A stretch of DNA of 64,000 bases, taken from positions 224,001 through 288,000 of the forward strand of contig OZ241986.1 of NCBI GenBank assembly GCA_965204375.1, written 5' to 3'. Source of the stretch: Candidatus Latescibacterota bacterium (GTDB taxonomy: Bacteria; Latescibacterota; UBA2968). A program made the translations under genes and the position numbers. This document shows positions 19,072 through 26,662 of the stretch, piece after piece (within the stretch, counting starts at the first letter, position 1; each line of letters begins with the position of its first letter). The notes beneath the pieces were generated by a model. The model was not told the origin of the DNA. It saw only the letters and a list, made by a program, of their open reading frames with translations, and searched no databases.

Positions 19072-20808
19072 ATGTCTGAGGTTTCTAAATCTGATTATCT
19101 GGTCATTGGCAGTGGTATTGCGGGTCTCTCGTTTGCGCTTAAAGCGGCAGAGACCGGGTCTGTCACCCTGATTACAAAAAAAGAGTTTCAGGAATCCAAT
19201 ACCAATTACGCACAGGGCGGTATTGCTTCTGTTTTGCATCCCGACGATTCGTTTGATCTGCATCGGGAAGATACGATTCAGGCTGGCGCGGGTTTGTGTC
19301 GTGAAGATGTGGTGGATCTGGTGGTGCGAGCAGGTCCCGATATGGTTAAGGCACTCATTGCCTGGGGGGCTGAGTTTACGCGGGCGAGTGATTCGCAACT
19401 GCCGTTGTACTCCGATTCAGAAGTTCAAAATCTCGCGCTCGGGCGCGAGGGCGGGCATTCAAAAAGTCGCATTGTATATGCCGCGGACCTGACCGGGCGG
19501 GAGATTGAGCGGGCGTTGACCGAAGCAGCGTCAGCACATCCCAATATCGCGTTGTACGAGCATCACATGGCGATTGATTTGATCACGGAACACCATGTGT
19601 ATGGTTCAAAAATTTCAACGCCGGGGAAGATTCAGTGTTGGGGCGTTTACGCACTGGATGCCATGCAGGGGCAGGTGAAGACGTTTTTGGCAAAGTTTAC
19701 GTTGTTGTGTAGCGGTGGGTGTGGTCAGATTTATTTGCATTCGACCAATCCGGCTATTGCTACGGGTGACGGTATTGCCATGGCGTATCGCGCGGGTGCA
19801 AGTGTGGGCAATTTGGAGTTTATGCAGTTTCATCCCACGACGCTTTATCACCGGGATGCAGATTCATTTTTGATTTCTGAAGCGGTGCGCGGGCATGGCG
19901 GGATTCTGGTAGATCGGGCGGGGCGGGCGTTTATGGCCGATTATCACGAGATGGGACCGCTTGCTCCTCGGGATGTGGTCGCGCGGGCAATTGATAGCGA
20001 GTTAAAAAAGAGCGGTGATCCCTGTGTGTTTCTCGATATTACGCATTGTCCGGGCGCAGAGCTTCAGGAACGTTTTCCCACGATTTATGACCGGTGTTTG
20101 CAATTTGACATTGATATAACGCAGCAGCCCATTCCGGTTGTGCCCGCTGCACACTATATGTGTGGTGGGGTGTTCACGGATACGCGGGGGCGCACGGATA
20201 TCGAAAGGCTTTACGCTTCGGGTGAGGTCGCCTGCACGGGGTTGCACGGGGCAAATCGCCTGGCGAGCAATTCGCTGTTAGAAGCTCTGGTTTTTTCCGA
20301 TCGCGCGTTTTCCGATATCCGACAGCACATAGATGCGCGGCTCGATTTTCCCGATGTGCCGGCATGGCAAGACGATGATGTGTTTAATACAGAAGAATGG
20401 GTGTTGCTATCACACGACCGGCAAGAGGTACAGCGTTTGATGTGGGATTATGTGGGGGTTGTGCGGTCGGATTTTCGCTTGAAGCGCGCAGCCCGTCGCA
20501 TTGGCGTGATTGTGCAGGAGGTCGAAGAATTCTATAAGCGCACACAAGTTACCGAGGCATTGCTGGAGTTGCGCAATATGACGACTGTTGCCGCGCTGAC
20601 TGTGCGCTGTGCATTGTCTCGGCGCGAGAGTCGGGGGTTGCACTACACACTCGATTGTCCTGCGCCATTCAAGTCTGCAGATGATACGGTGGTGTCGCCT
20701 GGGAGACGTGGGGTGCGGGATTGCCGGTTATTGAAGTGTGATCCGCAGATGACGCAGATGAACGCAGATGAAGAAGAGGGCTGGTGGGTTGGGCAGGCTG
20801 ACCGCTGA
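19072..20808 (+). CDS. nadB: L-aspartate oxidase
   Basis: 'GSGIAG', 'TNYAQGGIA', 'REGGHS..RI', 'EFMQFHPT', 'PAAHY.CGGV', 'GLHGANRLASNSLLE', 'ESRGLHY'. Confidence 0.95.
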   Translation: MSEVSKSDYLVIGSGIAGLSFALKAAETGSVTLITKKEFQESNTNYAQGGIASVLHPDDSFDLHREDTIQAGAGLCREDVVDLVVRAGPDMVKALIAWGAEFTRASDSQLPLYSDSEVQNLALGREGGHSKSRIVYAADLTGREIERALTEAASAHPNIALYEHHMAIDLITEHHVYGSKISTPGKIQCWGVYALDAMQGQVKTFLAKFTLLCSGGCGQIYLHSTNPAIATGDGIAMAYRAGASVGNLEFMQFHPTTLYHRDADSFLISEAVRGHGGILVDRAGRAFMADYHEMGPLAPRDVVARAIDSELKKSGDPCVFLDITHCPGAELQERFPTIYDRCLQFDIDITQQPIPVVPAAHYMCGGVFTDTRGRTDIERLYASGEVACTGLHGANRLASNSLLEALVFSDRAFSDIRQHIDARLDFPDVPAWQDDDVFNTEEWVLLSHDRQEVQRLMWDYVGVVRSDFRLKRAARRIGVIVQEVEEFYKRTQVTEALLELRNMTTVAALTVRCALSRRESRGLHYTLDCPAPFKSADDTVVSPGRRGVRDCRLLKCDPQMTQMNADEEEGWWVGQADR

Positions 20809-20834
20809 CTACTGACAACTTTTCAGGAGTTTTT

Positions 20835-22652
20835 ATGCGCGACGGCATTGCCGTGATTGATTTTGGCGGGCAATATGCCCATTTGATTGCCAATCGGATT
20901 CGCAGGTTGCGGGTTTATTCTGAGATTTTTCCGCCGGATGTTGATCCTGCGGCATTGCAGGGCGTGTCGGGCATGATTTTTTCGGGTGGTCCATCCAGTG
21001 TATATGATCCCGATCCGCCCGCGTTTAATCCTGGATTGCTCGATACTGATTTGCCCGTGCTCGGGCTGTGTTATGGACATCAGTTGTTGTGCATGCATCT
21101 GGGGGGCGAGGTTGTTGCTGGTGAGGTGCGCGAATACGGTTCTGCCAGGTTGAATATTGCATGTGGGTCGGATTTGTTTGCCGGGCTTGGGGATTCCCAG
21201 GTGGTGTGGATGAGTCACGGCGATGTGGTCGCAACGCTGCCCAGGGGTTTTGAAATTTTGGGGGCGACCGAGGATTGTCCTTCGGCAGCGGTTGGCGATG
21301 TTAAACGCCGAATCTACGGCTTGCAATTTCATCCCGAGGTGGCACATACGCCGCGTGGATTGGATATTCTCGATAATTTTTTGACGATATGCGATGCACC
21401 TCGAACCTGGACTATGGGCAATTATGCCGAGGTGGTTATGGAGGAGATGCGGGAGAAGGTGGGGGATCGCAATGTGTTTTTGCTGGTGTCGGGTGGAGTT
21501 GATTCTTCAGTGGCTTTTGTGCTGTTTAACAGGGCGCTGGGCGCAGACCGGGTGTTGGGGTTGCATATTGACAATGGTTTTATGCGAAAGGGCGAGACGG
21601 CTGCGGTGGAGGTTTTTCTGAAAGAAGAGGGGTTTGACAATCTGATTGTCAAGGATGCCAGTGACGATTTTTTGTTGGGTGTGGAGGGTCTGGTTGATCC
21701 AGAAGCAAAGCGCGAGGCGATTGGACACACATTTTTAGAGGTGAAGGACGAGGTGATGGCGCACTTGCATTTGGATGCAGATCAGTGGGTGTTAGGGCAG
21801 GGTACGCTTTATCCCGATACCATAGAGTCGGGAGGGACAGAGCACGCTGCGTTGATTAAGACGCACCACAATCGCATTGATTTGATCGATGAGTTGATTG
21901 CACAGGGCAAGGTTGTCGAACCTCTGGCTCAGTTGTACAAGGATGAGGTGCGCGAGTTGGGAAGCGCGTTGGGGTTGCCCGATCATCTGGTGTGGCGACA
22001 TCCGTTTCCCGGTCCCGGTCTGGCTGTGCGCTGTTTGTGTTCCGATGGCGAGGTGGATGGGGGTGATATTGTAGCGGCAGAACGTGCGGCTTCTGAGATT
22101 GCTTCTGAGGTAGGTTTGCAGTTGCAGGTTTTGCCCGTTAGAAGTGTGGGGGTTCAGGGTGATTTTCGCACGTATTCGCATCCCGCGATTGTTTCGGGTT
22201 TTGATCTGGATACGCCCGACAGCGATTGGCGCGTGCTCGAAGATATGTCAACGCGGATTACCAATAGCGTGCCGGGTGTTAATCGCGTGGTTTGTCTTAT
22301 CGCGCCAGATGTGTTGCCCGGGTTGCGTCCCAAACGCGCATTTTTGACCTATCAGAGGCTCGATGTTTTGCGGGAGGCCGATGCCATTGCCATGCGAATA
22401 CTCGATCGCGCAGGTCTTATGCCCGCTGTATCCCAGATGCCGACTGTTCTGGTGCCGTTGACGACAGATGGACAGGATGAAATTGTGATTTTGCGTCCGA
22501 TTACGACTCCGGATTTTATGACCGCACGATTTGCCGAGTTGCCCCACAATCTGGTGCGCGATATGGCAGACGAGATACTGAATCTACCGGGTGTCGCTGC
22601 CGTGGGTTACGATATCACTCACAAACCGCCAGGGACTGTGGAATGGGAATGA
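20835..22652 (+). CDS. guaA: GMP synthase (glutamine-hydrolysing)
   Basis: 'DFGGQYAHLIA', 'GLCYGHQ', 'QFHPEV', 'SGGVDS', 'IKTHHN', 'RHPFPGPGL', 'KPPGTVEWE'. Confidence 0.95.
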   Translation: MRDGIAVIDFGGQYAHLIANRIRRLRVYSEIFPPDVDPAALQGVSGMIFSGGPSSVYDPDPPAFNPGLLDTDLPVLGLCYGHQLLCMHLGGEVVAGEVREYGSARLNIACGSDLFAGLGDSQVVWMSHGDVVATLPRGFEILGATEDCPSAAVGDVKRRIYGLQFHPEVAHTPRGLDILDNFLTICDAPRTWTMGNYAEVVMEEMREKVGDRNVFLLVSGGVDSSVAFVLFNRALGADRVLGLHIDNGFMRKGETAAVEVFLKEEGFDNLIVKDASDDFLLGVEGLVDPEAKREAIGHTFLEVKDEVMAHLHLDADQWVLGQGTLYPDTIESGGTEHAALIKTHHNRIDLIDELIAQGKVVEPLAQLYKDEVRELGSALGLPDHLVWRHPFPGPGLAVRCLCSDGEVDGGDIVAAERAASEIASEVGLQLQVLPVRSVGVQGDFRTYSHPAIVSGFDLDTPDSDWRVLEDMSTRITNSVPGVNRVVCLIAPDVLPGLRPKRAFLTYQRLDVLREADAIAMRILDRAGLMPAVSQMPTVLVPLTTDGQDEIVILRPITTPDFMTARFAELPHNLVRDMADEILNLPGVAAVGYDITHKPPGTVEWE

Positions 22653-22862
22653 AAGGCAAAAGCGGAGAAAATATAGCCTATTACGAGACCATAACGCCTA
22701 TAACGGTCTTGTCCGTGCTGTCAGAAAAAGGCGTTCCCGTTCAATCGCGATGGAGAGCAAAATAAATGGGCAGAACGGGGTTGTGATTTTGCGTCTGATA
22801 GGGTTGTTTTTTTCACTTTTTTGAATTGAAATGGAATAAAATGTACACTTTTTTTGTGAATA

Positions 22863-22886
22863 GTTAGCAAGTGCGGGTCTGCTAAC
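22863..22886. promoter_or_regulatory. Palindrome GTTAGCA-N10-TGCTAAC, candidate enhancer/activator site
   Basis: Perfect 7-bp inverted repeat 70-95 bp upstream of a sigma-54 -24 element. Confidence 0.45.
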
Positions 22887-22957
22887 AAAAATTATATACC
22901 CTTGTTTTTTAGTGTCTTAGAATATTCTGAGGCACTTTTTTTTGTTTTTTTGAAAAT

Positions 22958-22973
22958 AGGCACGGCATTTGCA
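22958..22973 (+). promoter_or_regulatory. Sigma-54 (RpoN) -24/-12 promoter AGGCACGGCATTTGCA
   Basis: Matches TGGCACG-N4-TTGCW at all positions except the first; GG-N10-GC spacing is exact; correctly oriented 73 bp before the first gene of the cluster. Confidence 0.7.
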
Positions 22974-23046
22974 GATATGCTGTGCGTAAATCGCGTGAAT
23001 AGGATTGAGGCGGACGGGATGTCCGCGATGATAGAGGGTTGAAGCT

Positions 23047-24300
23047 TTGAAAAATACTACAGTTGCATTTTATAGCCAGCATCTCATTGGCGTTGGGCAC
23101 CACTTTCGCAATCGACAGATTGTCAATGAACTGGTCAAGACCTGCGATGTGTTTTTCATCGATGGCGGGCGACCAATTCCCGAGGCTGATCTCGATAAAC
23201 GGGTGGTGCGTATTCTCCTGCCGCCCCTTCGCTCGGGCGCACAGGGCATTGAGTCTGTTGATACGGAGAGAGATTTGCAGACTGTGATGCACGAGCGTCA
23301 GGTCAGGCTTTCCGAAGCTATGGAACAGATTTGTCCGGATGTGTTTTGTGTTGAATTTTTCCCTTTTTCCAGATGGTCGCTCAAGAGCGAAATCCTCAAT
23401 ACAATAGTCAGGCTCAATGAGGTCAATCCCGACGCGCAGGTGTTGTGTTCTCTGCGCGATATTCCAACGCGGGCAAAAAGCAATGTGTTGCAACCGACTG
23501 CCGCGCTTGTCCAGAGGCGGGATGGGGACGCGATGCGGTTTTATTCGGTGCCTTTTGGCGGGATACATCACGAGTATTTAGCTTTTAATCGGCGGTATTA
23601 CGAGGAGGTCGTGCCCGTGTTGAATCAGTATTTCGATGCGGTATTGGTGCATGGCGATTCTCAACTATCCCGGCTGGAAGATCACTTTCCCTGGACTGCT
23701 GATATCAGTATTCCCGTGGTTTATACGGGGTTTGTTTCTGAGAAACTCGAGAACGCATCTCGGCCCAATAGTGCGCCGAATCGGTATGTGCTGGTCAGTG
23801 CTGGCGGTGGAACTGAGGGGCTTGCGCTTGTTGCGCCATGTATTGAAGCGTGGAAACAATTGGATCAGGGCGATGCGCACGATGGACGCGAGATGGTGAT
23901 TTTTACTGGTGCGTTTATCGATGAAACGCATTTTGACGCTTTGCATGCGTTGTGCGGTGATGGTCCGTTTCGCATTGAGCGTTTTACGTCCAATTTTTTG
24001 GCCTGGATGAAACACGCGGATTTGTCGATTAGCCGGGCGGGCTACAATACGTGTATGAATGTACTTGAGACAGGTGTTCCATCGATTCTGGTGCCGAGTA
24101 TTGCGATGGATGATCAGGAATTTCGCGCGCAGGAACTGATGGGGTTGGGTATTGCAGGGGTGATACACCCCGATCAACTCGGTGCGGAAAAGATAGCAAA
24201 AGCTATTGCCGAAATGCTCGAAAGTTCTGTGCCCAAACACCATCTATCCCTGGACGGTGCCGAGCAAACGCGAAAATTTATAGACAGCGGTGCAAGGTAA
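23047..24300 (+). CDS. GT-B glycosyltransferase (COG4671-like, GT28 C-terminal-type domain)
   Basis: 'FYSQHLIGVGH', 'VEFFPF', 'CSLRDI', 'VLVHGD', 'LVSAGGG', 'SISRAGYNT', 'LVP....DQ..RA', 'LDGA'; TTG start. Confidence 0.85.
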   Translation: MKNTTVAFYSQHLIGVGHHFRNRQIVNELVKTCDVFFIDGGRPIPEADLDKRVVRILLPPLRSGAQGIESVDTERDLQTVMHERQVRLSEAMEQICPDVFCVEFFPFSRWSLKSEILNTIVRLNEVNPDAQVLCSLRDIPTRAKSNVLQPTAALVQRRDGDAMRFYSVPFGGIHHEYLAFNRRYYEEVVPVLNQYFDAVLVHGDSQLSRLEDHFPWTADISIPVVYTGFVSEKLENASRPNSAPNRYVLVSAGGGTEGLALVAPCIEAWKQLDQGDAHDGREMVIFTGAFIDETHFDALHALCGDGPFRIERFTSNFLAWMKHADLSISRAGYNTCMNVLETGVPSILVPSIAMDDQEFRAQELMGLGIAGVIHPDQLGAEKIAKAIAEMLESSVPKHHLSLDGAEQTRKFIDSGAR

Positions 24301-24315
24301 AAAACGAGGTGAAAG

Positions 24316-25719
24316 ATGAAAATTTATGTGTCACATCCGTATCACGACCGCGAGAAAGTGATGGCGTCGAATAGCGGGGCGTCCCTTTCGGGTTTTAACC
24401 ATGTGCAGGCGTTATCGAAGTATTGCGATGTGTATATGCCAGCGTCTGAAGCGGTGGATTATGGTCCGAATTTGCACGGTATTCAACCCGCATTTGAGAC
24501 GATTGATTCATCTCGCCAGTGGTTTGCGCGGCAGGATTTTGATGGTCTGTTGATGTTTGAACCCAGGGCAGATGACCTGGCGTTTTTTCGCCATGTGTGT
24601 CCCGCACCCATTGTGCTTCGGCTGTCGTGTTCTTTTGGACACAATCGGGATTTTGTCGATAAGGTGCTGAATTGTTATTCGCTGTTGCGGCCTTATGATG
24701 CCCTGTCGCCCAAGTCGGTGTATGTCGCTGACGAAGTGGGCAAGTTGGTGTTTGACAGATCGTATTTGCACGCGATTACCAATGGGGTAGATGCCGAGGT
24801 GTTTGTGCCAATGGATAAGTTGCACGCGCGCAAAGAGGTCGCGGATAAGACGGGTGATCAACGTTTCTTAGAGATGCCTGTGGTGGGTTTTTGCGGACGG
24901 TTTGAGCCGGGCAAGGGCGCGTATCCGTTTTTGCGGATGGCCGATTTGAATCCCAATGTGTTGTTTGCTGTGATTGGCAAGCAGTTCGCACCCGTGACGC
25001 ATCCTCCCAATGTGATCTTTTTGGGTGCGCAACCCTATACGCAGATGTCGCTGTATTACAATATGCTCGATGTGTTGTGCGCGCTGTCGGTGTATTCGTA
25101 TGAGTCTTGTCCCTCAACTGTGATAGAGGGCATGGCGTGTGGTCTTCCGGTTGTTGCGACAAATTTTGCGGGCGCGCCAGAGTTGTTGGGCAGTTGTGGG
25201 CGGTTGATTGAGATTGAGCGATTTGAAGATGAGCCATTGAATGTGACGGGGTATATCGCCCCTGAGGTGATTTCAGATGCTGTGCGCGATTTGTTGAATA
25301 GCAAAACGGAGCGTGTAGATATGGGGGAGCGTGCTCGCAAACGCGTGCTCGATTTTTCCTGGGATCATACGGCGCAGCAGCATATGACACTATTTAAAAA
25401 TCTGCGGATCAAACGCGATGCATCCGCCTGCCCGATACCAATAACCGTGAGTTTTACACAGGGTTGTGATGTATCTGGCGTGCCGAAAAGCATGTCTAAG
25501 GGATTTAACTATTTGGGAAGCGTGCAAGGTCCTTTGCCGCGCATTTCGTTTTTTGGGCAAGACCTGCCCCTTCTTGAAGGCTTGGTCCTTCACTTGATGC
25601 AACATTTACATCCAAACGAAGTCGAGGCTGTTCTGATGGGTTTATGCGAGACGCGCGCAATGGCCCACAAAACGCTTCGCAAAATCCGACACTTCAGCGA
25701 TATGCTCACGGCTCCCTGA
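24316..25719 (+). CDS. GT4 family glycosyltransferase with ~95-aa extra C-terminal domain
   Basis: 'ITNGVD...F', 'GRFEPGKG', 'ESCPSTVIEGMACGLPVVAT...GAPE' (EX7E), 'FSWD..A'; sequence continues ~95 aa past the usual GT4 end. Confidence 0.85.
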   Translation: MKIYVSHPYHDREKVMASNSGASLSGFNHVQALSKYCDVYMPASEAVDYGPNLHGIQPAFETIDSSRQWFARQDFDGLLMFEPRADDLAFFRHVCPAPIVLRLSCSFGHNRDFVDKVLNCYSLLRPYDALSPKSVYVADEVGKLVFDRSYLHAITNGVDAEVFVPMDKLHARKEVADKTGDQRFLEMPVVGFCGRFEPGKGAYPFLRMADLNPNVLFAVIGKQFAPVTHPPNVIFLGAQPYTQMSLYYNMLDVLCALSVYSYESCPSTVIEGMACGLPVVATNFAGAPELLGSCGRLIEIERFEDEPLNVTGYIAPEVISDAVRDLLNSKTERVDMGERARKRVLDFSWDHTAQQHMTLFKNLRIKRDASACPIPITVSFTQGCDVSGVPKSMSKGFNYLGSVQGPLPRISFFGQDLPLLEGLVLHLMQHLHPNEVEAVLMGLCETRAMAHKTLRKIRHFSDMLTAP

Positions 25720-25774
25720 TTGGTCCTATAGGGATACGGTTTATGTTGAGGTGGTAAAGAAAGGAGGTGGAGAA

Positions 25775-25999
25775 ATGACTGAGCGCATTACATCAAGGCC
25801 AGCACAATTTTTTGTGACCTGTGTTCAGCTTCCCGGTCAAGAAAGCGAACTGGCACATGGTGAGATGGCGAATACTGCAGGAGGATGCATTTTGCCAGGA
25901 GAAGATCCACTTGAGCATCTTGAAGATATTATTGATTATGTCGAAGATGCGGTGGATTATATCGGAGATGCGGTGAGTGAATGGTGGGCTTCTTGGTAG
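25775..25999 (+). CDS. Putative double-glycine-leader precursor peptide A (74 aa; 37-aa acidic core)
   Basis: Strong RBS AAGGAGGT; leader ends ELAHGEMANTAGG; directly upstream of a C39-peptidase ABC transporter; paralogous to the next ORF. Confidence 0.75.
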   Translation: MTERITSRPAQFFVTCVQLPGQESELAHGEMANTAGGCILPGEDPLEHLEDIIDYVEDAVDYIGDAVSEWWASW

Positions 26000-26098
26000 C
26001 AATCGCACCACGCCCCGTAAGACGCTATTTCTGTTGTTCAGGTACTGGACGAAAATCATTTTTTCTGAATATTACAATTCATTTACCTGGAGGATATC

Positions 26099-26470
26099 AT
26101 GTATAATCGCGTGACTACAGATTCAGACGCCGCTTTTGCCTCTTGCACAACACTGCCTATCTATCAAAAAACGCTTAATGCTGAAGAGATGGCGGATATT
26201 GATGGCCTGGGAAGTGTGACAGATGCTATTGATGCAGCGGTAGATTATGTTTCTGATGTTGTTGATAAAATAGGAGATAGTGTTTCTGATTTTGTTGATT
26301 CGTTGTATTTTTACCCTCAGGATGCTGAGCCCATATATCTGCCTGATCCAACTACTATCCCAGCACCACCTGATACAATGAGGATGGTTACTAATGTAAT
26401 GTATTCCTGCGATGTGACGATCGCGGAGTTAGCTTCTGGTGCGATTTGTCCGTGTATGCCGCCGCCGTAG
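26099..26470 (+). CDS. Putative precursor peptide B (123 aa), same leader family
   Basis: RBS GGAGG; leader ends TLNAEEMADIDG(LG); 12 of the first 37 residues are identical to peptide A without gaps. Confidence 0.72.
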   Translation: MYNRVTTDSDAAFASCTTLPIYQKTLNAEEMADIDGLGSVTDAIDAAVDYVSDVVDKIGDSVSDFVDSLYFYPQDAEPIYLPDPTTIPAPPDTMRMVTNVMYSCDVTIAELASGAICPCMPPP

Positions 26471-26487
26471 GTCCGATGTGCATCAAC

Positions 26488-26531
26488 CCGTCATTCCCGC
26501 GCATGCCCCACGGCGTGTGTAGGAGTGACGG
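26488..26531 (+). repeat. Stem-loop (REP-like GTCATTCCCGCG) after the precursor genes
   Basis: ccgtcattcc (26488-26497) pairs with ggagtgacgg (26522-26531). Confidence 0.45.
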
Positions 26532-26662
26532 TGTTATATGAGGTAGGACTTACGTCACTCAGTACTGGAGAGTAGATAGCTTGCCTGACAGAGATTCTCA
26601 GAGCATTTTAGAAATCAGCATTGTAGTTGAGTTATAGACATGTTGCAGGACGGTTGGAGAAA

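Noticed and set aside
22863-22886. CIRCE (HrcA) operator
   Set aside because: It shares the TTAGCA/TGCTAA ends but lacks the CTC/GAG cores and is 5 bp shorter than TTAGCACTC-N9-GAGTGCTAA; the downstream genes are not chaperones.
25775-26470. Precursors as lanthipeptide, sactipeptide or classical glycocin substrates
   Set aside because: No LanB/C/M, radical SAM, YcaO or GT2 (SunS-like) gene is present; core A has a single Cys and lacks the nested-disulfide helix-loop-helix pattern of glycocins.
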